A DNA stretch of 64,000 nucleotides from NCBI RefSeq assembly GCF_032191835.1, contig NC_083233.1:30194001-30258000 (forward strand). Reading direction: 5' to 3'. This document shows positions 13,009 through 24,705 of this stretch, one piece after another. Source of the stretch: Heteronotia binoei. Taxonomy: Eukaryota. The notes below the pieces were generated by a model. The model did no database searches and was not told where the DNA came from. It was given only the letters and a program-made list of their open reading frames with translations. Position 1 is the first letter of the stretch. Every line of letters starts with the position of its first letter. The translations under genes were made by a program, and so were the position numbers.

Positions 13009-13479
13009 AAAGAAAGAACTCTCTCAGCCTCACCTACCTCACAAGATGCCTGTTGCAGGGAGAGTAAGAGAAGGAGATTGTAAGCCACTTTGAGACTTCT
13101 TCCGGTAGACAAAAGCAGGATATAAAAGCCTACAATAGTAGAGGCAGAGAAGAGGTGGCAGAATAGGGAGGGTAGGCACAGGGATTAAGTGGCAACAAGT
13201 AACTGCAGCATCAGGAAGCAGATGAATGTTTGCCAGTCTCTTAGCTCAAAATCCAATTGTTAAATAAACAACTTTAAAAAGATGGATCCTTTTGCTTATT
13301 TTGGCCTGTATCATTGTCCATCTCAAAAAGTGCTACTTGCAGAAGAAATGTATGAATTCCTTACAAGCAAAAATTTCTCTTGTGTGATATATTTTGAAAT
13401 ATTACCCAAAACAGCTCCCCCCCATGGTAATAAATCCAGAGGGGCAGGTATATTAGTATGTTGTGTGTGGGGGGAATAA

Positions 13480-13700
13480 GCAGGAGTCTTGGGGCACCTT
13501 CAACACTGGCACAATTATATTCGAGAATAAGTTTTCATGGATTTCTTTTATGTTCCTATAAGTAGATCTTCACTCTGCATTCATTTTATACATTTATGCC
13601 ATCATTTTATTCATGGTATCTGGAAGGGGCTCTAGTCCACAAAAGTGTATTCTGGAATAAAACTGTCTGGCGCCTTCAAAGCAGCACAAAACTCCTGTTT
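13480..13700. repeat. Inverted pair of degenerate Penelope-type terminal repeats
   Basis: caggagtcttggggcacctt at left; gccttcaaagcagcacaaaactcctg at right in the opposite orientation. Confidence 0.5.
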
Positions 13701-14654
13701 ACTGAACGTCACAGCTGCAAACCTCCAAAATGAAAAAAATAAATAGGAAATACCCCATCTGTTGCTGTTCCTCAACACCCTCCCCCCCCCCCAGTCATCT
13801 TAAATTTTGAAGCACAAGGGGGAAAATAATCAGGTCACTTGGCCTTTAAAGTTGACTCATGCCTTTGGGTATTTAAAAGAAAGAAGGGGAGAAATCAGAA
13901 GTTATGTCATTGAAGAAATGCATATCCTATTTAGTGTCGAGAAAATAATTCCTGTGGATTCTTAGTGCACAGCCTTAATCCTGCTGTCACTAATACATAC
14001 TGACACAATAGACTAGCAATGGCTTTGAGGGAGCCGCTGCGCTGTATCAGCTCCATAATCCGCAAACTAAGGAGGATTTACATGATAGGCTGTATTTGCT
14101 CCCCCTGGGGGTCTTTCTGCCTTTTCTTTACCCAAATCCCATTTTAAATAAATGCTAGAATACAGCCCTTTCACCCCCAAAAGTGGCAAAGCCTAATTAA
14201 GAAGCACCGGGTTCATTTGGATGAGGATATCCTAGAGACTCAATGACCTGGAGATATCTTTGCAAGAAAGTCATGGGAAATCTTCAAAAGTGTGTTAGGG
14301 ATGATTTGGGATTTCTCATCCCCACTCTTTTAACCCTCCTCCCCCAATCATTTTTGTTTTGTTTTGTTTTGCTTCTCTCTTCTGTAAGCAGAACCAGTTT
14401 TGCTTTGTTTTTTTAAAGTTCATTCGCTTTTTCTTTTTTTTTGTTTGTTTCCTGTATGGAATTCCCAAAAAAAGGATACATCATGCAAGATTATTTAAAC
14501 ATTTATAAATCCTCATTAGGCATAATCGCGCATGTAAACTATGAAACTGTACTATAAAAAGTTTCATGTAAAACCTGCAAATATACTATATGGAATAAAT
14601 GTATATATGCATGAAGCACATATAAAACATGCATGCACAGAACACTAACTCATC

Positions 14655-14863
14655 TAGGGTTCCCAATCTCCATGTGGTGGCTAGAGATCTTTTGGGATTG
14701 CAATTGATCTCTAGGTGACAATGATCAGTTCACCTGTAGAAAAGGACCATTTTGAAAGGTGGACTTATACCCCAGTGAGGTTCCACCCTCCTCAAAATCC
14801 ACCTTCCTGAGGCTCCACCCCACAAATTTCCAAGTATTCCCAAGTCTGGAGCAGGTAACCCTA
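14655..14863 (-). mobile_element. Family B hAT MITE
   Basis: TAGGGTTCCCA...GGTAACCCTA termini. Confidence 0.75.
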
Positions 14864-14959
14864 AACTGGGAATTGGAACTGGGGAAAATGACAGTGAACT
14901 GGGGTCTGCATAAGGAAGCTCATTGTGATTGTTGCTGAAAGTAACATTTTGCTTTGAGC

Positions 14960-15173
14960 AGGACGAGGCAATGATTCAGTGGCCAAGGACCTGCCTTGCA
15001 TGCAAATAGTCCCAAGTTCAATTCCCTGCACCACCAGTTAAAAGGATCAGATAACAGGTGATGGGACAGACCTCTGTCTGAGACTCTGGAGAGCTGCTGC
15101 CAGACTCAACAGACAATTCAGACATGAGTAGGCCAGTGGTCCTATTCAATATGAAGCAGCTTCATGTGTTCAT
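14960..15173 (+). mobile_element. tRNA-derived SINE with CR1-like tail (Squam2-like), degenerate
   Basis: A/B-box-like head (ttcagtgg...gttcaattcc); tail gcagcttcatgtgttcata; similar to 15758-15974. Confidence 0.65.
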
Positions 15174-15757
15174 ATAAATTGCTAGTCTGTAGTTCAAGGT
15201 CTAAATAAAACCTGGCAAAGCACTCCATGGAGGAAACATGAATTGCTATAATAACACAAACAATGGCAAGCTCAAGGAAATCAGAAGAAGCCATGGAGGA
15301 CATGGATAGCTTCAAAGCTAATGGAACAACTGGGCTATTAACTAAAGATCTGAATAACAAGGAATTACCATATGCCTCGCGCCACCCACTCTGAGTATTA
15401 ATTATGGTTTGCTGGACTGAGAAACATTCCACTGAGTATGCAATATTTGTATATTGCTATATTCAACTATTCTGTTAGGAGAGACTGCTTCTGAGTGCCA
15501 AAAGGCAAGCTATAAAGGCCTTTGATAACCAGAATGTCATAGTGTGTAATAAAAGTCCCCTTTCATCCACTACAGCCATTATAATTAAGTTGTGATAATA
15601 ATAGTAGCAGGGTAAGAATTTGTTAAGCTTATATTGTTAAAAGAAACACCCCTGGCACTTATAAAAAAAGTAGAAATAAGTTGTTGTTTTTTAAATCAGC
15701 AAAAAAAAATACCAAAGTTGATTTGACTGAAGAAGATGGAGTAAATTAACTCTAACT

Positions 15758-15974
15758 GAACATATGAACATATGAAGCTGCCTTATACTGAATCAGACCC
15801 TTGGTCCATCAACGTCAGTATTGTCTTCTCAGACTGGCAGCGGCTCTCTGGGGTCTCAAGCTGAGGTTTTTCACACCTATTTGCCTGGACCCTTTTTTGG
15901 AGATGCCAGGGATTGAACCTGGGACCTTCTGCTTCCCAAGCAGATGCTCTACCACTGAGCCAATGTCCCTCCCC
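15758..15974 (-). mobile_element. tRNA-derived SINE with CR1-like tail (Squam2-like)
   Basis: Reverse complement ggggagggacattggctcagtggtagagc...ggttcaatccctggc (A and B boxes); tail aaggcagcttcatatgttcatatgttc. Confidence 0.8.
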
Positions 15975-18961
15975 TCCAACGTCCTGACTCAGGAAAGTCT
16001 GATCCAGTGGCCATATTTGATCATGAAAGCAATATCTGCCTGCCTGCCTGCCTGTCTGTCTGTCTATCAGTTAATCTGAACAAGTTGGTTGAAATTCTGC
16101 AGATTCTTACATTCAGCAACTTCCGTAAGTAAGACAATCTATACCATTATCCCAGCGAGATCATAAAAGTGTGGTCTTGCAAGCTTGATTTTGACTGCTT
16201 TGTGAGTATGTGTGTGTATCTCTGTGTGATAGTGTGTGAGAGAGAGTCCCTTAATAAAGCCATGCTTGGAAAAGCTTTCAAAGCCTGACAAGGGACTTTT
16301 GGGGGTATGATAAAATACACTTTCATTTAGTGGAAATGCAGCTGCTGGAGAACCCTTTGAAGGCAAAAAAAAAGAGAGAGAGAGAGAGAAGGAGAAAATG
16401 AAGATTGTATTCAGGGAATTGCACTGCTGTATGTATTTATTTATTTAGGGAATAGAAAAGTCTCCAGGCTCCACCTCCAATTCCCCAGATACTTCCTGAG
16501 TGGGACATCCCCTGTCCCCAGCTCCCATTCCTCACCATTGCTCAGAGCAGCAATGGGAGAAATTCTGTTTTAAAAAAAGCTGTTGGATTGATGCTGTGAT
16601 TTCACTTCTGAAGAAAAACTAGAAGTGATGTCAGTTCTCTCTAAGAATCACCAGAAACTCTATGGATTTACCTAGCCTCCTAGAGAGGCATGGCATAATT
16701 TCCAGGTTCCCTTGGAAGTGACACCACACTGTTGCTGAAGGCTGTCTCATCATACCCTTGCCCTGCCAGGTCTCCCACTAGTTGCCAGGCCTTGCCTGTC
16801 AACATTATTTGGTGGTAGTCCAAGAGGCCAGGCACTGTCCCTACATCCCAGGCAGACCCACTGAGGGCCTGGAGTATTTTTTTTTAATCAGTCTGTTTTA
16901 AAAAGAGAGAGAGAGAGATACTGGATAGCAAGCTATAAAATGGAACTAAGTTCCTATTAGCAGAAATCTAAGCCAAATATGCAAATAAATAATGGTTAAA
17001 TATATAAAGCATTGCTTGCTCAATTTTCAAAGCTTGAGGGGCTCCTTTTACTTAGCAAGTCTGCAGAGAGACAGATAGTCTGTTCAAACAGCATATCAGA
17101 TCTGCTAGAATATCCCATTCCGTGACAGGGAAAGATAAGAGACATGTATGTTTCCACGTGCCAAATAAGCTCAAAGTATTTCTAAACAAGAATGCAAAGC
17201 AAGAATTGACTGTATCAATACCTCCTGATCACAAGAGCTATAAACAGGGTCAGCAGCCAGAACATTTATGAAGGATAGCAGAAGCTACCATAGACAAAAC
17301 ATCTCTCAACTTAGTATGTAAGAGTTCAATAGAGTGCAAGCCATTAGCCAGGCCAGATTTCTCTGGGGTTGAGTTCAAGGTACTTTTTCTTGTTCATGAG
17401 CACAGAAGCCTCACCCAGGAAGTGGTTGCATACACACTGGTTTTCTGGCCTACATCCTCCAAAGCACATCTGCGAAGTAGGCATCATGCCCATTCACAAG
17501 ACAGACTGCCAGGTCAGAATAAGCACAGGTGCCAACTGATTGCCAGCTTCGAATGAAAAGCTGCAGACTACAGCAAACACCACCTTCTCTACAGAAATAA
17601 AAGGACAAAAAATAAACACTTGGCAATCCACAGTGCCAACTTTAGAACACCTGTTTCATTACAAAGGATCATGTTTGTTTTTACTTGTTCATTTATGCCC
17701 TTAACATCTTGTTCTTTTTTGTGTGTGTGTGCATAATCTGCTTCCGTAAATGGACCTCCTCTTCAGTTTATTTTCTCCATTTATCATGTGATCAAATCAA
17801 TTAAAAATCAGTATCTTGGGAAGGTCTTATTTTGTCATCCACTCTGGCTTACCCCCACCCATCCATGCCTGTGTTATGCTTCCACATTCTTTTAATCTCT
17901 CTCCCCTCCCAAATTTCTTTGTCTTATTCACAGATAATCTGAAGCCCTTTTAGCTTGTTACAATAATGATCCTCAGCCTTTATGAGTTTGTGGGTACCTT
18001 TAGAATTCTGACACAGAATAGTGGCCACAGCCGCAAAACGGCTGCTTCAGGAGACGGAGTCACCCACAAAATGGCTGATGCAGTTTTGTCTCCAATCATA
18101 AACTGAAGATCCTTGTGCTGTTGCGGCAGCTACTGGCAAAGCAATATTTTAAACAAATTTGCACAAGCAATCAAATCTCAGTTGACCAATCAGAGGCCTT
18201 GCTAGGCAAAAGACCCATCTGGCCCCACTCCCTTTATAAAAAAACACTAGGTGGGTGATTACAGACCAGCACTTTGCGCCAACTCAGAGACAGCTCTGAA
18301 AACAACCCCAAAAAATCCACACACAAACATCTGCTTCCTGTCCCCGTCCCAAACTCATCCCATCCTCAGCAGTGGTAGCAAATTTCTGCACTAACAGCCA
18401 GTCACCCCGTCGGCATCTGGAAGTGGCAGGGCAGATGTAAGGCAACTTGACTGTGTGAAAGCGCCAAGCTGCCTCAAGCCACATCTGCCTCCCCCCCCCA
18501 AAAAAACAAAACTGTTGGGAGCACTTGAGCGCTTGAGCACTTAACTTGTTGGGGGAAGAAAGACTGATCCTGCTTCTGAGGTGCCTTCATGTCAGGAGGC
18601 TCCCGGCCACCTGGCAGACAGGATGCAGGTGCTTCGCTGGGGAGCATGTGGAGGCTCTGGGATGGCTCTTTTTGAGCTAGCCCAGTTCTGGATGCCTCCC
18701 CAACCATCCCAAACTGCCCATCTGTTATCACCCAGTGAGTGTCAGAAAAAGTGTCAGCAAGTGCCATGGTGCCCATGGACAACATATTGGGGAATTCTTC
18801 ATTAGATGTTAGTTTCCTTTTCCTAAATGTATACCTTGTCACATGACTCATCAAAGATCCCTAGGCTTGTTGAATTCATTATCTCTATCTAGGTTACACC
18901 TTCAGTCTCCCCGGCCATGCCTCCATTGCTTCTTTTGCTATTCTCATGTTTTGCCCCAAGA

Positions 18962-19165
18962 ATAACAGCCAATCTGGTCTGGTGGTTAAGGGTGTTAGCC
19001 TAGTATCCAGAAGACCCAGTTTTGAATCCCCACTCATGTCATGGAAGCTCACTGGATGACCTTGGGCCAGTCACACTCTCAGCCTAACCTCCTTTGCAGG
19101 ATTATTCTGAAGAGAAAATGGAGGAAAGGAGGATGAAGTAAACCAATCTGGGGAACAAATCAAGT
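18962..19165 (+). mobile_element. MIR/Ther1-like SINE
   Basis: tggtggttaag...ttttgaatcccc head; ggatgaccttgggccagtcacactctcagcctaacc core. Confidence 0.7.
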
Positions 19166-19221
19166 GCGGTACAAATCAAGTAATTAATATAATTGATTCT
19201 GGTGAGTTTACAACCCTACAC

Positions 19222-19340
19222 ATCTGAAAAAGTGAGTGTGATTCACAAAACCTGATGCTGGAATAAAACTCAAAGGTGCCGATGGACTTCTGTTTGATTT
19301 TGCTGCTGCAGACTATCATGGCTACCCATCTGGATTCTCC
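19222..19340 (+). repeat. Penelope-type terminal repeat fragment
   Basis: catctgaaaaagtgagtgtgattcacaaaacc...aaaggtgcc...gctacccatctgga. Confidence 0.55.
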
Positions 19341-21195
19341 AAATCCACACTCTCTTTGACTCATCTCCATTCATCAGATCTCCAGTCTCCTGTGGTCTAG
19401 AGACTGAATTCTGCCATATCTTAAAGTAGACAGAAGCAAAAAAGCCCGAGAGATAAAAGGCTTAAGGTAAAGCCCTGCTTTGAGGAACAGCAGGACAAAA
19501 ACATACCAACTCAACAAACATTCAAATCAAATTCACACATTAAATAAATAAGATGTTTTAAAATGCACTCCATTTCTACCATCTAATCTATCCATGTATC
19601 ACATTTACATCCCGTCACTCCTCCAAGTTGCTTAGAGTAATGTCCATGGCCTTCACCTTCCACAATTTAGCCCCACAACAATCTGTGAAGCAGGAGACTG
19701 CTTCCAGTTTAATCCAGCGAATTTGCACACCAGATTGGGATTTGAATTCAGAACTTCTAAGTCCTAGACCAACTCTTTAATCACTACAGTGCCTTGATTT
19801 TTTTCTAGTGGGCACAGGGAGTTAAACTATTGGGTTGTCTCCAGGTTGTTATGGTTCCCCACCGTCCTATTCCAAATTCCATGCCATTATCCACAACACT
19901 GCAGTGGACCCATCTGTTGACAGGCATATACTAAGGAAGAAGATGGTTGTATAACAGTGGCACAATATTCTTGTCTCCACTGCCAACCAGATCCATGTTG
20001 CATCTGGGGACCCATGGTAAGTAGCCAGTTGGTTCACTTTTACCATTTTATGTCTGGGTCCTAGATTTGAGGGGGATTTTGCAGCACTGAGGGGCAGACT
20101 AATGGAATTCTGTGAGTATACAGGGTAAATGCTTGATCCCTTTTGATTCTTATGTCGCTTTTTGGTCTTCCCACAAGGGTACAGAATCATCCAGAACATC
20201 TCTTGGCATAACGCTATCACAGTATTGAACAATCATGTTTTATTTTTATCTTTATTTTTTTTTAAATAATAATAATAATTGCATTTCTATGTTTGGGTTT
20301 TTAATTTTTAAAACCAAGCTCTATACCATCTCTGGGAAGCGAACATCAAAGACTGTAGTTAAAAGGCAGGCCGTCTCCTTATCTAAAGTAAATAAGTAAA
20401 TAAATAAAACAAATCTGAAATCCAAGGGAATGCTTAATTTTATTATGCCAAATGTGAATGCTTTGCAGAAATGTTCTAGAAGTCGGAGAGTTACACTTAA
20501 AGCTAATAGACCACAATACAATTAATGTTTAATACAGATGGGAAATAAAGAATTAGATGTATAGATGTAAAAACACACTAATTTAAATCTGGGTTTCAGG
20601 AACTAGATTTGCCATACTTCTTTTCTTCTATATGCAGCTGCACATTGAGTATTCAGGATGGCATGAGGGTTATAAGCAAAAGGGTGCTGAATATGGCATT
20701 CCCCAAGATGTCGTCTCCCTCTCCATAAATATGTAATTACACTTCCTTTGAGTTGTAATTAGCACTGTCGAAACCAAGGCATGCATTTCATTACTATTTC
20801 TAGCCACTTAAACATTCTGCCTTTTTTCTAGCAAGACTTGTACCCTTGGCAATTTCAGACCCAACCACACAATGCTAAACATAGTGATGCCCTTTTAATA
20901 CACTTTAAAAGATGCACCTCTGTTTAGGACTGCACTGCAATATATTTATTGTGGCATAAGCTTTCATGAGCCAGTATAAGCTTCCCTGTTTGTGAAGGCT
21001 TCTGGTGCATGACATTTGTCACAATCACTTAAACAGGCTGAATGGTGTCACCAGGTTCTTTGCTGTTGGGGCTGTGACACACCTGCATGGCTATGCATCT
21101 AGAATTGTTCACAAGGGAGTGGGTGTTGCATGGAAGAGGGCACATTCCTGGTATAGAGGCAACCAGGCTGACACCCACTTGACCTAGATGGCCCA

Positions 21196-21372
21196 TGCTA
21201 GCCTGGTTTCATCAGGTCTTGGAAACTAAGGAGGGTGGACCCTTGGTTAATACTTGGGTGGGAGACCACCAATGAAGTCCAAAGTTGCTAGGCAGAGGCA
21301 GTCAATGGCAAACCACCTCTTTGTGTCTCTGCCTTGAAAGCCCTCTGGAGGTTGCTTCAGTTTGGCTGAGAC
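21196..21372 (+). mobile_element. 5S rRNA-derived SINE (5S-Sauria-like)
   Basis: Head resembles 5S rRNA (ggaaactaag...ttggttaatacttgggtgggagacc); tail aatggcaaaccacctc resembles Sauria/Bov-B. Confidence 0.7.
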
Positions 21373-22595
21373 TTTCCACTACCTGTAATGTTATGTTGTT
21401 CTGCTCTTTTGAGTTCTCCACTGAGAAGGAAAGACAGGGAGGGCTGAAATTTCCTGAGAGAACAGCAGGCATCTGCAAATGGATTGCCAGTGTCCTGTAT
21501 TTATTTCAGCATGATGTGTCATTTACAGAGGGGCAGAAAAAATAGGGAAAGCAATTCTGGGTGCCACTCTTCATAGTTCTGTCCTAGTAGCAGAAATTAC
21601 TGGAAATTTTCTCCTTCACCCACAAGCCATAGCTCTACCCTTGGAGAAAGACATGGGGGAATATGATGCCATACTTCCCATCTTGAACACCACCAGCATT
21701 TGGAACAAAGTGCCCGTCTGAAAAAGTGTAGAAATTTTTGCAGAACCCCACCTCCAGTTCCAGGAATACTATTCCCTAGCGGCAGCCTCCACTCAATTTC
21801 TCTTTAGTTAAAATTTGATGGTGAGTCTGGTTATTTTAATTCATCCAAAGGTGGGTTCCTTCCAATGAGGCACATGTTCTTATCCACAGTTCCTAAGCAT
21901 TCAGGAAGCGACAGGAAGGATTGCCATTTGAGCTCTATCTTAATGGCTTACAGCATATTTGGAGTAGCCCGGAGAGAGGTCCAGCTATCTTGGGGTGTTC
22001 TGCTAGCTCATTACAGAGCTGTGCTGTCAAAACACATCAACTATGGAACTGCTCTCAAGGTGGGACAGCTCTCCTGTATCGTCCATTATGTCTTCATGGC
22101 AGGACAGGAATTTCATTGTATAATGACAACACTCCACCTGTTTTTATCTTTGTGACTGCGGCAGATCTGAAACGACAAGCCACCTGATGTTTCCAGCTCA
22201 ATTCTCTCTACGACATACACCTGAAAATCTGCAATGAAGTGTTAAAAGATGCTTTGGGCTGCAGCTATCCTGCAGAGCTCAGCTCTGTTAACTTCAACAC
22301 TCAACAAATTATTGAGGAGGGAAGAACTTGTGGGAAATGAGTAACAATCTCTGTTTGTACATTTTGTTAGGATCTGAAGGAAGGTTCCAAACCTTCTTGG
22401 CCATTTGGCAGGGACACTTGAAAAATTGCTAGTGGTTGCAACTGCTAGTAGTTGTCAGTACTTTAACCTTTTGGCTTATGTCCCTAGTTCTCATTCACCT
22501 ATGAAATAGTCTACACATGTGCATGTACATTGTATCATAGTAATCTCTTGTTATCCTTCCTCCCCCTCCCTTTTTATCTCATTGGGTTGTTCTTT

Positions 22596-22836
22596 CATAA
22601 GAACATAAGAGAAGTCATGTTGGATCAGGCCAATGGCTCATCCAGTCCAACACTCTGTGTCTAAAAAACCCAGGTGGCATCAGGAGGTCCATCAGTGGGG
22701 CCAGGACACTAGCCCCTCTCAAGCACCGAGAATACAGAGCATCACTTGCCCCAGACAGAGTTCCAACCATATGCTGTGGCTAACAGCCACTGATGGACCT
22801 TTCTTCCATATGTTTATCTGATCCCCTCTTGAAGCC
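22596..22836 (-). mobile_element. CR1 LINE 3' end
   Basis: cataagaacataagagaagtcatgttggatcagg, the CR1 terminus in reverse. Confidence 0.8.
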
Positions 22837-23664
22837 CTCTTCATCTCCACTAGCAACGTTTAGAGAGAGTACAATTCCTTTGGGAATGGGATGTCATTTA
22901 AAAATATATATATGTTTGGCTCCAATAAGTGTCACACACATTGAGTGGCAGCACTATAACCACTGCAAAAAGTGTCATTGTCCATTGAATCATATGACAA
23001 GCAGACCCAAACTGTTCACCAACTGTTTGCTGTTCACCAAAACTGTCCTGAGGACCACCCCCACAAAAGATCAATATTGATAATTGATCCCAATATAGCT
23101 TTAAGTGTCACAAACAGCCTGAAGTGATCCACCACATTGCAGAGTTCTTTCTACCTAGCTCCTTCTCCATGCCCTGGAAGAGCAATGCTATCCCTGAAAA
23201 CTACCCTGAAAATCAGGAGAAGAATCAGTCAGATGTGAGGTTTCTGGTTACAATACTTTGCAGAACTTAAAATGGTCATGTTTTTGTTATGCAAGTTCTA
23301 ACATGTTTATCCAAGTCAGCTCTGTCAAATATGGGACATTTAAATTGCATTTCTTGTGCTGAGTTTGCACACCACTGCTTCCTTCTCCCCTAAGTTTAAC
23401 AGTGACTTTGCTGTGGTTTTATCCAAGTCTGCAGAGAACAATGCTCTTTCTACAGTGTCAGGCAGTCTTCCTGAAGATGGCAATTCTGTTCAAGCATGGT
23501 TGAAAACCAAATCAATAAAAGGGGAGAAGGAAAGCCACCTCACAAAAATGCCTTATATATTATACACTGAAATGCAGATGGAGACATATTTGTCATTTGG
23601 CTGTTGTGGTGCAAGGCTCGTATTGCAAGTAGACACAGGTTCAAAACCAGGGTTTCTCTTTTTT

Positions 23665-23755
23665 TAGCAGGAACACACAGGAATGCTGTTCTGTCTGGCT
23701 TGGCATTAGGGGTGTGGCCTAATATGCAAATTAGTTCCTGCTGTTCAAATAATTT
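23665..23755 (-). mobile_element. Family C MITE fragment
   Basis: agcaggaacacacaggaatgc...ggggtgtggcctaatatgcaaattagttcctgctg. Confidence 0.7.
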
Positions 23756-24502
23756 GATGGGTTCTCCAAAACACATCACACATACACACTCTCCCTCTCT
23801 GATGAGAGGACTCCTCCACTGTAATAGTGTGCCCCCAAAGGATCAACTTTAATAGGGTTGCAAGCTTTAACTGATTAACTGGCATAATTAATAAATGATT
23901 AAAATTCACAAGCCCTCCAAATTAATCTGTGGCATTCCCATAACAAGCAAAAACTCCAGCCTCTCATTATTTAGTTTCAGTTTTGCTTGGGAAAGTGGTC
24001 TGATCTTTGGTCCCAGCATCTGGTGAGAAAGCCCATGGTGCAGTAACCTTGATGAGTTTAAGCAGGGTCTGATCACTGCCTTGTTTGGAGACCCTTGAGA
24101 ACCCTGGTTATGTTCCCTTGGGTTCCATAGTGGGAGAGAAAACAGAACAGAAATGTAACTAATAAATATACTTAATGAAAATAATATACAAAAGCCCTGA
24201 AGAACTTGTAGCCTAATAAAGCCAAATGCAGCCTGCCACATATCATACTGCTACCTCCAATGCAGTGGCGGATTGCCCATTAAAGCCACTGGGGAAAGTC
24301 CTGGTGGGCTGTGGGCCACCTTGCTGATGGTGGCTCTGTACAAGGGCAGAACTCTTCTCACCTCATCCACAGCTCCCAAGAAAACCATGGCTCTTGTTAC
24401 CAGTCAGGTCTTCCTCCATTGGACATGACCAAAAAGGAAGCATGGCCAAGAAGGGCATCTTTTTTTTCCTGGACTTTTTTTGACTTCCCAGTACAGTGAT
24501 TG

Positions 24503-24705
24503 AGAGGAAGGGTGGCATGGTATAATCTAATCTCATCAGATCCTGGAAAGCTAAGATGGGTCAGTACTTAGATGGGAGACCACCAAGGAAGACTCTGCAG
24601 AGGAAGGCAATGGAACATCATCTCTCTTCCTCACTTGCCTTGAAAGCCCCTTGCTGGGGTCACCATAAATCATCTGGAACTTGACAGCACTTTATATACA
24701 CATAC
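24503..24705 (+). mobile_element. 5S rRNA-derived SINE (5S-Sauria-like)
   Basis: tctcatcagatcctggaaagctaag...tacttagatgggagacc is 5S-like; tail acttgacagcactttatatacacatac. Confidence 0.75.

Noticed and set aside
15900-15974. tRNA gene
   Set aside because: A/B boxes present, but it continues into a SINE body and lacks an intact cloverleaf
17400-17600. Strong minus-strand acceptor (tttatttctgtag)
   Set aside because: Downstream frames close quickly, no good donor and no recognisable peptide
24515-24590. 5S rRNA gene
   Set aside because: Truncated, diverged and fused to a retroposon tail
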